DNA from: a bacterium
GTDB lineage: Bacteria > Patescibacteriota > Microgenomatia > Daviesbacterales > UBA10151
Length of the DNA stretch: 33,611 bases
Assembly (NCBI GenBank): GCA_027364775.1
Contig: DAHXOS010000014.1
Location: 1-33,611, forward strand
Direction: 5' to 3'
Shown here: piece by piece, positions 1 through 8,468 of the stretch
Layout: every line of letters starts with the position of its first letter
Position numbering within the stretch: position 1 is the first letter of the stretch
The notes under the pieces: generated by a model
The model's input: the letters and a program-made list of their open reading frames with translations, nothing else
Databases searched by the model: none
What the model was told of the DNA's origin: nothing
Program-made: the position numbers and the translations under genes

Positions 1-113
1 AATACATTGAAACACATAATCAAAAACCAAACCAAGGAGATGATGAATTCTTCACTTTGGAGATTGAATCTAAAGGAAAGGAGTAAGAAGGACTTTCAGT
101 CCCCTTCAAACCT

Positions 114-130
114 ATGCACTTTCAGTGCAT
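114..130. repeat. Perfect 7-bp inverted repeat ATGCACT-TTC-AGTGCAT
   Basis: Read directly. Arms 114-120 and 124-130 are exact reverse complements. It overlaps the first unit of the adjacent tandem repeat, ~100 nt upstream of the helicase start. Confidence 0.85.
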
Positions 131-166
131 AGTGGTTTAGTAGTTTCAGTGCATAGTGGTTTAGTA
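120..166 (+). repeat. Tandem direct repeat, 2 x 23 nt (TTTCAGTGCATAGTGGTTTAGTA) separated by a single G; partial third TTTCAGT at 94-100
   Basis: Units 120-142 and 144-166 are identical when read off the sequence. Confidence 0.9.
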
Positions 167-232
167 TGCCCTGCAAGAAAATGGGCAAAACATTAACTTG
201 AGAAAATAATAAGTTAGGATGATAATCTAGTT

Positions 233-3200
233 ATGCCAGAGAAAGATATTCAAAAATCCTGGTCATTTATAGAAACCCTGATAAAGTACTATAAGGAATT
301 TCTAGAAACTGATTTTCGGTCCAGGTACAAACCTAAGCGTAAAGTAGTTTTAACACAAAATGAAGGCTTGGTTGGTCTAGAAATGACCAAGTACTCTGGG
401 CTAAACAATTTAGTATTAGACCTCTTAACAAAAAAGTTCGATGTTCCAAAGCTTAAAGATATAGGCGAAGGTGAGTTTGCTATTTACCCAGATCAAAAAG
501 CTACAGATTTTATTGGTGGCTTAATAGATAAGCATGGTAAATTAAATGAGGAAAAGTTAATTGAAGAGATTCTTGATGGCTTTGAAGACTATCTTAAAAA
601 AAGTAAATACTTAGAAGAAAGTAACTTACTATACAGCAGGGCAGAGCTTAGATCTTTACTGAAAGAAGTTCCATCTGCAAAATACGCTGCTGTTGTAAAG
701 AAATATAAACTTTTTGATTTCTATAGGGATATTACAGTAGTGCTACAAACAAAAAAGCTCACTGACAAAACTGATTTTTATTTTTACTTTTATGAAATCA
801 AATTTGATGGAGATAGCTACCCAATATTCTACATCCCAGTTAGTATTGAGCACCCATCCTTATTGGAAGGAACTAAGCCTCACTATAGTCTTAACTTTGA
901 AGGTAGTCCTATCCTTTATGTAAACGAGAAAGCTTGCCAATATATTTCAGAGAGATTATCAGAATCGGAAAGATATAAAGTAAAAATCGATCTTCCCAAA
1001 AGGCAAATCTATTGGAATGAGGCTGAAGATTTTACAGGGGCTTTAAATGAAATATTAACTAAGTTATGTAACAGGTTTGAGTTGACTCATTTTGACTTGA
1101 ATGATCGGAATGTAAAGACCGAAAAAGAGAATGTAAAAGCAACATCGAATTGTTATGTAACACTTTTTGATAAGTCAGATGAAGCTATAATCAATGATTA
1201 TGAAGAGTTATTGCTTCTTTTAGAACAGGCAGATCCAAAGGCACTAGAAATCTTTAGTAAACTCATACAAGATTTCTTACTAAATAATCCTAAAGTTGTC
1301 ACTCTAGACGTTGATGATGAGTTTAACAGTTTAAGTATAAGTGAAAAATTAACTTATAGAAGCCCAATTTCGCTTAATTCTGAGCAAATAAAGATTCTTC
1401 AGGCCCTTAAAAAGGATGAAGTCAGGAGTGTTATTGTTGAGGGTCCTCCAGGAACAGGAAAAAGCCACACTATTGCTGCAATAATTTACGATGCGCTTTT
1501 AAATAATAAGTCAGTGCTTATGACTTCCGATAAAAAAGAAGCGTTGGACGTAGTAGAAGAAAAGATAACCGATATTTTAGAGAAGATAAAGGTAAATGAT
1601 GATGGTTTTGTTCAAAACCCTATTTTAAGACTCGGACAGACGAAGAATAATTTTAATAAAATCTTCCAAACTCAAAATTTTGAAAAAATAAAAGATCGTT
1701 TCGGAGCTTATAAATTTAATCATGATAATATCCAGGAAGAGATCAGAGAGCGTGTTCAGCAAATGCAAGATGATATCAGTAATGAGGTTAAATATAACCA
1801 ACTTTTCTATGGTGAAATTCTCGAAGCAATTCAGCAAGTGATAAAGTTTGAAAATAACAATCTTGAACGCTGGAAAAAATTGATAGATGTTGAAGAACTG
1901 AAGCTAAATGATAGCTCCGATAAGCTTGCTTCCTTATATAAAATCGTTAAAGCGTTTATAGGAAAAGATGTTAATCTTCAAATTGCTTCTGCCTCATGGT
2001 TACAGGAACATCTCGATGAAGAATCTGAAAGACAAATAGAATCGATCTCTGAAGGTTTAGAATCAATAGAAAAATTGATAGAAAATGCTACCAACAAATC
2101 AAGACTAAAGCAAATTATTGAGATAATATCATCCAACCAGAATAATAAAAATTGGGAAAATTTCAAAATTGTCGGTGAAAAATTAGCAGGAATAACAGAA
2201 TATTTTGGCGCAAATGATAAAGATTTGCTGTTTAAGTCTATAAATGACTTTCTTGCCTTAGAAAAAATATCTGAGCTCAAACAAAACTGCGAAAAGATTG
2301 CTGATATATTTCATAGAATTTACCTTATCCATTATGAGCATAAATCTAATTACGGACATAGATTAATTGATGATTTAAATTCTAAGAATAACGCAGTCTT
2401 GGCAAATTACCTGGATGAAATCAGAAAACTTAAATTTTTATTCTGGACTTTTATCAAAAAATCCGAAATTGCGTCCTTGAATAGAAAATTAAAACTCGCT
2501 TTTCCAGCCTCTCAATTGGATAAACCCCATTCCATGATTCCAAGATTGGAATCTGAATACTTGCTTTATCAAGAAACTGTGAAGTTAAGGGAAGAGCTTA
2601 CAAAAGAGTCTACGCTTGTCTGCTCTTTACTTGATGATAAGTATCTAAATGAGAATATTAGCGACGAAAAATTCGATCAAATTAAAGGAAAACTTAATTC
2701 ATTAGTTGATTTATTAGAAGAGTTGGAGGGTGTAGTTGATCAATCTAGAATATTAGATCTTTGCAAATTAGTCTCTACTAACAAAAATATGCTAACAACT
2801 GGCGAGCAAATTCAGGAAGTTGTTACTGCTTATCAGATAACGGAAACAATCAACAATATTGAAGATGCAGTTAAGAAACTGAACTTGCCTGTGTTCGGTT
2901 GGGAAGAATTAGTAGATAGTAAAGTTGCTGATTTTGTTGATGAAGATAAACTTGAAAACTTGGAAGACAAATTTGCAGAGCTAGCAGCAACACTTGAGTA
3001 TCTAGGAGATAAAACAGAGGAGTTAGGTAAACTGCCCTCGATTCAAAATACCATACCCAGTACTCTCAAAAAACTGTCAATAGATATCGAGAATATAGAT
3101 TCATATAAATCAAGCCAAGTTTCAAAAATTGATGAAGATGAATTAGAAGAACTTTTAGTTTATTTTGAGAACCTTACAAAAATTAGAAATCACTACACTA

Positions 3201-4861
3201 ATCACCAGATGTCTAACTACAACCTCGACAGAGCCCTTCTCCAGAATAGATACATAGCTAACATGACCTATATTCTGGATAAAAAGGTTGTTGAATTTAG
3301 AACTGAACATTCAGCAGATGCACAATCGATTAGACAAATTATAAGATCAAAATCACAGATTCCTAAAAAATATTTGCGAATTTTAGTAGAAGCATTCCCT
3401 TGTTTGATAGTAAATATTCGTGAACTAGGAGAATATTTACCTCTAGAACCAGAATTATTTGATGTAGTCATTATTGATGAGGCTTCGCAAGTAAGCATCG
3501 CGCAAGCATTTCCTGCATTACTCAGAGCTAAAAAGATTGTTGTGCTTGGAGATACAAAACAATTTAGCAATGTTAAAACGTCTACAGCAAGCATTCCTAT
3601 TAACAATGAGGTATTTAGTATGGTGAAAGAAACCTACTCAAAAGATATTAAAGATCTTGATGTAGAGACTAGAGAAGCAATAAAGGACAAAATTAGGAGA
3701 TTTAATATCAAAGTCTCCATTTTGGAGTTTATGCAAGCCCTTGCTAATTATCAGGTTATGTTACTTAAACACTTCCGTTGTTATACAGAGGTTATTGAAT
3801 ACTCCAACAAGAATTTTTATGGAGGTAGATTACAGGTCATGAAGTTAAGAGGGAAAAATATTAAAGATGTCATCCGCTTTGAAATTGTTGACGATTGTAA
3901 GGAATCTGTTCAAGAATCGGGTGCTACTACCAGAATTATAGAAAATACCAATGGAAATGAGGCCAAGCTAATTTTAGCTGAGTTAGAGAAACTAGCAGAA
4001 AAAGGCTGTAAAGAGTCTGTGGGAGTAATAACACCTTTTAGGAATCAGCAAAAATATATTTATGAGATGCTTAGGCAATCTTCTAAATACGGATACTTAG
4101 AAGAGAAAATGAAACTCAAAGTGATGACTTTTGACACTTGCCAAGGAGAAGAAAGAGATATTGTGTATTACTCAATGGTGGAAAGCCCTTCCAATAATGC
4201 TAAGCTCAATACTATTTTTGCTAAAGCGATGTCTGGAGATGACGAAGAAGGTAAGTTAAGAGAACAGCGCTTAAATGTAGGTTTAAGTCGTGCTAAAGAG
4301 ACAGTGATATTTGTAATAAGTAAACAACCAGAAGATTTCAAAGGAGAAATAGGAGCAGCAATTAGGACCTTTAAGAGTGAGCTTGAAAACAGTCTAAAAT
4401 TGCCTGAACCTAACGAAACAGAATCAGAAGGAGAAAAACTGCTTTTAGGGTTGGTTCAACAGACTAATTTTTATAAGCAAAACAAGGATTGGATTGATAT
4501 CCAGTCTCAATTCCCAATTGGGAAGTATTTAAGGATGATTAACAAAGCAGATATTCCATTATACAGAACAGATTTTCTGCTCACCTACAGCCCACCGAAT
4601 GCTAAACCTGTAAGCATTATCTTAGAATATGATGGTTTTGAATATCATTTTCAAGATGGATATGAAGTAAACAGATCAAACTTTGATGATTTTTATGTGA
4701 CGCAAGATGTTGAAAGACAAAAGGCTTTGGAGACTTACGGATATGAATTCGTTAGAGCCAATAAGTTTATTTTAGCTGATGATCCCATCGGTAATTTAGA
4801 TCAAAAATTTGACTTCATTGTAAAAAAAAAGACCTTTCAGACTCCCTCCTTGAAGAATTAA
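233..4861 (+). CDS. Large SF1 (Upf1/Dna2-like) helicase with C-terminal Vsr/DUF559-type PD-(D/E)xK nuclease domain
   Basis: ORF track. Walker A GPPGTGKS at 1442-1465 and Walker B DEASQ at 3476-3490. Further helicase motifs GDTKQF, TFDTCQGEERD and LNVGLSRAK. C-terminal LEYDGFEYH (4622-4648) followed by D-x2-R and GYEFVR matches the DUF559/Vsr-fold pattern. Confidence 0.85.
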   Translation: MPEKDIQKSWSFIETLIKYYKEFLETDFRSRYKPKRKVVLTQNEGLVGLEMTKYSGLNNLVLDLLTKKFDVPKLKDIGEGEFAIYPDQKATDFIGGLIDKHGKLNEEKLIEEILDGFEDYLKKSKYLEESNLLYSRAELRSLLKEVPSAKYAAVVKKYKLFDFYRDITVVLQTKKLTDKTDFYFYFYEIKFDGDSYPIFYIPVSIEHPSLLEGTKPHYSLNFEGSPILYVNEKACQYISERLSESERYKVKIDLPKRQIYWNEAEDFTGALNEILTKLCNRFELTHFDLNDRNVKTEKENVKATSNCYVTLFDKSDEAIINDYEELLLLLEQADPKALEIFSKLIQDFLLNNPKVVTLDVDDEFNSLSISEKLTYRSPISLNSEQIKILQALKKDEVRSVIVEGPPGTGKSHTIAAIIYDALLNNKSVLMTSDKKEALDVVEEKITDILEKIKVNDDGFVQNPILRLGQTKNNFNKIFQTQNFEKIKDRFGAYKFNHDNIQEEIRERVQQMQDDISNEVKYNQLFYGEILEAIQQVIKFENNNLERWKKLIDVEELKLNDSSDKLASLYKIVKAFIGKDVNLQIASASWLQEHLDEESERQIESISEGLESIEKLIENATNKSRLKQIIEIISSNQNNKNWENFKIVGEKLAGITEYFGANDKDLLFKSINDFLALEKISELKQNCEKIADIFHRIYLIHYEHKSNYGHRLIDDLNSKNNAVLANYLDEIRKLKFLFWTFIKKSEIASLNRKLKLAFPASQLDKPHSMIPRLESEYLLYQETVKLREELTKESTLVCSLLDDKYLNENISDEKFDQIKGKLNSLVDLLEELEGVVDQSRILDLCKLVSTNKNMLTTGEQIQEVVTAYQITETINNIEDAVKKLNLPVFGWEELVDSKVADFVDEDKLENLEDKFAELAATLEYLGDKTEELGKLPSIQNTIPSTLKKLSIDIENIDSYKSSQVSKIDEDELEELLVYFENLTKIRNHYTNHQMSNYNLDRALLQNRYIANMTYILDKKVVEFRTEHSADAQSIRQIIRSKSQIPKKYLRILVEAFPCLIVNIRELGEYLPLEPELFDVVIIDEASQVSIAQAFPALLRAKKIVVLGDTKQFSNVKTSTASIPINNEVFSMVKETYSKDIKDLDVETREAIKDKIRRFNIKVSILEFMQALANYQVMLLKHFRCYTEVIEYSNKNFYGGRLQVMKLRGKNIKDVIRFEIVDDCKESVQESGATTRIIENTNGNEAKLILAELEKLAEKGCKESVGVITPFRNQQKYIYEMLRQSSKYGYLEEKMKLKVMTFDTCQGEERDIVYYSMVESPSNNAKLNTIFAKAMSGDDEEGKLREQRLNVGLSRAKETVIFVISKQPEDFKGEIGAAIRTFKSELENSLKLPEPNETESEGEKLLLGLVQQTNFYKQNKDWIDIQSQFPIGKYLRMINKADIPLYRTDFLLTYSPPNAKPVSIILEYDGFEYHFQDGYEVNRSNFDDFYVTQDVERQKALETYGYEFVRANKFILADDPIGNLDQKFDFIVKKKTFQTPSLKN
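4822..4831 (+). other. A9G homopolymer containing the A_AAA_AAG -1 slippery heptamer in the helicase frame
   Basis: Helicase frame reads GTA AAA AAA AAG ACC. Slipping back one nt, or adding one A, enters the frame of the downstream zinc-finger ORF, which is open from 4813. Confidence 0.6.
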
Positions 4862-4938
4862 GCGATGCTTTTATTAAGTCAAAGCAGGTACAGTGCAAAT
4901 CCTGCCATCAATATAAGGATAAAAGTGAATTTCCGAAA

Positions 4939-5391
4939 TTGAGCAGATGGAATGCTAGATTTAGATTTTATTGCCAGTACTGTTTAGCAAACAATTGGGT
5001 TGGGCATAGTACCTATATTAATTCGGAGTGGGAAGGTTTGTTAAGAGATCAACCAAAACGAGAACTAAATAGAACTGAAACGAATCGACTAGAAGCATTT
5101 ATTAAAAATCCTACTGCTTATGCTAGTGGTAGCGAAAAGTCTAAAGAAAAAATCCAATATCTAAAAGATAAAATTAGACCTATGCTGTCTCACATTGACT
5201 TAGTGAGGTATTATCAGGCCAAAAGAGAATATGACTCTGCTAGACAAAATATAAATTTATTTAAAGATCCCAAGTGTCCTAGGTGTGGTTCTAAAATGGT
5301 TAGAAGATCAGGTAAATTCGGTGAATTCTGGGGTTGCTTAAAATATCCTTTGTGTAAAGGCACCCTTAATATTCACTGGGCTCATAAGTAA
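4939..5391 (+). CDS. Zinc-finger protein with topoisomerase-type C4 zinc finger; probably a C-terminal extension of the helicase rather than an independent gene
   Basis: CPRCGSKMVRRSGKFGEFWGCLKYPLCKG matches the topoisomerase C4 zinc-finger pattern. The only available start is TTG with no SD. The same frame is open back to 4813 and encodes CKSC (4894-4905) upstream of that TTG, which would pair with CQYC just downstream. Confidence 0.6.
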   Translation: MSRWNARFRFYCQYCLANNWVGHSTYINSEWEGLLRDQPKRELNRTETNRLEAFIKNPTAYASGSEKSKEKIQYLKDKIRPMLSHIDLVRYYQAKREYDSARQNINLFKDPKCPRCGSKMVRRSGKFGEFWGCLKYPLCKGTLNIHWAHK

Positions 5392-5725
5392 TTACACTCG
5401 ATTAGTGCCCTCTCATTTTAATGGCAAGTTATGAGTGAGTAGGCTGAGATACATTGGTAACACTTTTAAGGTAGAATTTTTACCATAAGGAAAGTATCAA
5501 AGAAATGGGTGCTTGACAGAGGTGATATTATGTACAAGGTATTACTGAAAAACTTTAGGCAAAATCCGCTCTAAAGTTGTCTAGACCCTTACTCAAAATC
5601 AGCAAGGCCAAATTAGAAGTAAGGACACTATAAACAGCAATGAGCCTATTCCCCCTAGGGATAAAGAACATTGATATAGTTTGATATATGGCGCAACCAA
5701 TGATGATTAGTTTATACTGATTTCA

Positions 5726-6823
5726 ATGCAAAAAATATCTGCAAAAATACCTAAGATTCTTTCTCTATTTTCAGGTTGTGGTGGTATGGATTTAGGATTT
5801 GTACAGGAAGGTTATAAAGTTGTGTGGGCAAATGATAATTTCCATGCTGCTTGCAAAACTTACAGGAAGAATTTTGGGGATCATATCTTTGAAGGCAATA
5901 TTGCTGATGTAGATTTTAGCAAAGTTCCAAATTGTGATATTATTTTAGGCGGATTTCCATGTCAAGATTTTTCGATGATATGGAAAAGAGGAGGGATAGA
6001 AACTGATAGAGGAAATCTCTACAAACATTTTGTTCGCGCAGTAGCAGCTAAAATGCCTAAGGTATTTATAGCAGAAAACGTTAAGGGTTTACTTACAGTT
6101 AATAAAGGTATGGCAATAAAACAAATAGTCAGAGACTTCCAAAAAGTAGATGGTTATGGATATCGCCTATACATAAATTTATTTAATTTTGCTGAATACG
6201 GGGTCCCTCAACTCCGAGAGAGAGTTTTAATTGTAGGCATAAGAAATGATATTCCATACGTGTTCAAAAAGCCGAAACCTAGTCATTATCCAGGAAGTTA
6301 TGTAACTGCGGGAGAAGCTCTAAAAGATGTGGAGCAGGTAGCTCATAATAATGAACACTTAAATATAAAGGATAGAACAAAAATGATTATTAGCTTAATT
6401 CCAGAAGGAGGTAATTTTACTGATATACCGAAAGATAGTCCTTATTATGTCAAAGGAATGATTAGTCATGTATACAGGAGATTACACCAGGATAAACCAT
6501 CTACTACAATTATTGCTGGCGGTGGAGGTGGTACTTGGGGCTATCATTTTGAGGAGCCAAGACCCTTGACTAACAGAGAGAGAGCAAGATTGTTTGGTTT
6601 TCCTGATGATTTTATTTTCACTGGAAGTATAGCCGAAGTTAGAAAACAAATTGGTAATGCCGTCCCCCCGACAGGGGTAAGAGCTGTAGCAAAGGAGCTC
6701 AGGAGGTTATTTACGGGTGAATATGATAAAGTTCATACTGAAGACCTAAAACCTCTCTCCGGAGATGCTTTAAGATATGTTGATTTTAATCAAATTCAAC
6801 AGCTAAGTCTTATACAGATATAA
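5726..6823 (+). CDS. DNA (cytosine-5)-methyltransferase
   Basis: Motif I FSGCGG, motif IV GGFPCQDFS (PCQ at 5957-5965), motif VI ENVKGL, motif VIII QLRERV, motif IX NRERARLFGFPDDF, motif X QIGNAVPP. Confidence 0.95.
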   Translation: MQKISAKIPKILSLFSGCGGMDLGFVQEGYKVVWANDNFHAACKTYRKNFGDHIFEGNIADVDFSKVPNCDIILGGFPCQDFSMIWKRGGIETDRGNLYKHFVRAVAAKMPKVFIAENVKGLLTVNKGMAIKQIVRDFQKVDGYGYRLYINLFNFAEYGVPQLRERVLIVGIRNDIPYVFKKPKPSHYPGSYVTAGEALKDVEQVAHNNEHLNIKDRTKMIISLIPEGGNFTDIPKDSPYYVKGMISHVYRRLHQDKPSTTIIAGGGGGTWGYHFEEPRPLTNRERARLFGFPDDFIFTGSIAEVRKQIGNAVPPTGVRAVAKELRRLFTGEYDKVHTEDLKPLSGDALRYVDFNQIQQLSLIQI

Positions 6824-6827
6824 ACAA

Positions 6828-7754
6828 ATGGATAAAAAAATAACAACAGCACCGCTATCCTCTAATGCAAAAGATTATTTAACAAAGGACGAATTATTAA
6901 AGGAGTTAGAAGAACAAGGGCTTCCTCTATCCGAAAAACAGATAGATTTTAGAAGAAAGAATGGTGAAATCAATGGAAAAATTGTTCCTCCAGAATTAAA
7001 TTTCGTAAAGATTAAAGGAAATGGATCAAGGCTCATGATTAAGAAAGACGAAGCAGTGCAATACATAGCAAGATTGAAAAAACAATCAGTTAACATTACC
7101 TACAAAGATGTTAAAAGTATCGTTGAAAGTTATGATGATGTTATGCTTAAACCAGCTAGGGCAGCAATGCGACAAAACAGGAATTTTACTGGAAAAATAG
7201 AAGATGAAGTAAAAGGTAAGCTTGTTGAATGGGGGTTAGCTAAGTATGCATATGAGAAAGTTGATCTTGAACTTGTAATAGATTTTGCACTTATAACAGT
7301 CAACACTAGGAAAAGAGACGAAGGAGATTTTGTTAAATGTTTAGTTAACAGTAAAGAAAAGAATATCCCTGATGAACTTAAGGTCTCTGTCAAATCCACC
7401 TCTGGAAACTTACTTGCAGTCCCTGAAGTAGAAACTTCATGGGAAGGTGAATGGTTTGTGTTAGCTAAACTCCATATCGAGGATAAGTTCTTATATGATG
7501 CTATTAAAGCCGGTTTAGGTCTTATGGAGCTTGATTTAGATAGAAACTTAGGCTGGTTTGAAATACGCGGTTTCGTTTCAAAAAAAGATTTCACAAATTC
7601 AGAAATTTCTTATAAAGGAGTGAATCTACCCGCCCCTTTTAAAATGGATAATGATTTCGGCAGGGATAATTATATAATGTTGCCCACTCAACTTAATCAA
7701 AACCCAGAGGATTTTATATCTCTGTTAGAGAAAATAAAAAAATCAGTTTCATAA
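6828..7754 (+). CDS. Putative cognate type II restriction endonuclease (no recognisable family)
   Basis: Starts 4 nt after the methyltransferase stop on the same strand. Has a possible PD-(D/E)xK-like arrangement (E in GKLVEWGLAKY, D in EGDFV, SVK in KVSVKST). Assigned by position only. Confidence 0.45.
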   Translation: MDKKITTAPLSSNAKDYLTKDELLKELEEQGLPLSEKQIDFRRKNGEINGKIVPPELNFVKIKGNGSRLMIKKDEAVQYIARLKKQSVNITYKDVKSIVESYDDVMLKPARAAMRQNRNFTGKIEDEVKGKLVEWGLAKYAYEKVDLELVIDFALITVNTRKRDEGDFVKCLVNSKEKNIPDELKVSVKSTSGNLLAVPEVETSWEGEWFVLAKLHIEDKFLYDAIKAGLGLMELDLDRNLGWFEIRGFVSKKDFTNSEISYKGVNLPAPFKMDNDFGRDNYIMLPTQLNQNPEDFISLLEKIKKSVS

Positions 7755-7767
7755 ATATGCATAAGTT

Positions 7768-7974
7768 ATGGATAACCTCACTAAAGAGCAGCGAAAACTT
7801 AATATGTCTCGTATTAGAAGCATTAGTATGAGATTAGAATAAACATTCTTCGAATTGTTAGAAAAGAATAATATCTCGTTTGTTAAATACCCTACACTAT
7901 ATGGTAAACTAGATTGCCAAATAGATGTTAAGATACTGATTTTCTTAGATAACGATTTTCAGACAGGGTTATAA
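7768..7974 (+). pseudogene. vsr: Decayed very-short-patch repair endonuclease (vsr) relic with in-frame stop and missing C-terminal half
   Basis: My translation is MDNLTKEQRKLNMSRIRSISMRLE*TFFELLEKNNISFVKYPTLYGKLDCQIDVKILIFLDNDFQTGL*. It follows the Vsr N-terminal pattern (R-x2-NM-x2-I, then L-x-G-x-x-D, then IF-x-x-G-x-F). A TAA interrupts it at 7840-7842, the GCFWH region has decayed, and it ends inside the convergent gene. Confidence 0.6.
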
Positions 7975-8468
7975 AATCTCATTAAAGCATTATACTGTGA
8001 GTCTAATTCATCTTCATCTGGAGCATGTAAATGATGTAAATCTAAATTATATTTACTATTCCGATATGTGGCTTGATAATAATCAGTTCCTATATTATTT
8101 CTAATTATTCTTTTTACTTTATCTAATAAAGCTAAGTCCTCTAAATGTTCTCTACTAAACACAAAAGCATGTGAAACGTTATGATCAGGAGAATAAAGTA
8201 ACCTTAATGTCATCAGCCATAAATAGCTATGTGGTTGGTCTACTCTAACAGGATAAATATATCTTGCAAATAATTCAAATTTATCTGTTTTTAGCTCTTC
8301 TTCTAATTTAAGACTTGCTACTTTTATTCCTTCTCTAACTACTGCTATTTTCCCGGATGCCGAGGGGTGCACTATAAAGAAAGGGCGAATAGGTGAATTA
8401 TTAATAGGTAGCCTAGGTAAAGGATCAAAATATGGTTCATGTTCGGAATTAATCAATATTTCTTTCAT
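7959..8468 (-). CDS. Hypothetical 169-aa protein carrying an Rx4HxY motif (RVDQPHSY), translationally coupled to the upstream nucleotidyltransferase
   Basis: ORF track. Its ATG overlaps the TGA of the upstream gene (ATGA at 8465-8468). The motif is encoded at 8223-8246. Confidence 0.6.
   Translation of the reverse strand: MKEILINSEHEPYFDPLPRLPINNSPIRPFFIVHPSASGKIAVVREGIKVASLKLEEELKTDKFELFARYIYPVRVDQPHSYLWLMTLRLLYSPDHNVSHAFVFSREHLEDLALLDKVKRIIRNNIGTDYYQATYRNSKYNLDLHHLHAPDEDELDSQYNALMRFYNPV

Noticed and set aside
40-132. 30-codon ORF (MMNSSLWRLNLKERSKKDFQSPSNLCTFSA) behind an AAGGAG
   Set aside because: The SD-like AAGGAG abuts the ATG with 0-3 nt spacing. The ORF runs through the repeat/palindrome block and has no recognisable features. 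It is more likely non-coding regulatory DNA.
120-166. Possible CRISPR array from the 23-nt direct repeats
   Set aside because: There are only two copies, directly adjacent with a 1-nt gap and no spacers, and no cas genes in the window. It is a simple tandem duplication or iteron, not a CRISPR array.
5653-5660. CCCTAGGG palindrome upstream of the methyltransferase as a clue to R-M specificity or a C-box
   Set aside because: A single 8-bp palindrome in 334 bp is expected by chance. No controller (C) protein gene is present, and nothing in the sequence ties the MTase to this site.
233-7754. Helicase plus C5 methyltransferase as a DISARM-like or type I/III R-M system
   Set aside because: The helicase is SF1 (GDxxQ, DEASQ), not the SF2 DrmA type. 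There is no DUF1998 or PLD gene, and no HsdS/HsdR or Res. The methyltransferase is a stand-alone m5C enzyme with its own downstream partner and a vsr relic, which indicates an ordinary type II unit.
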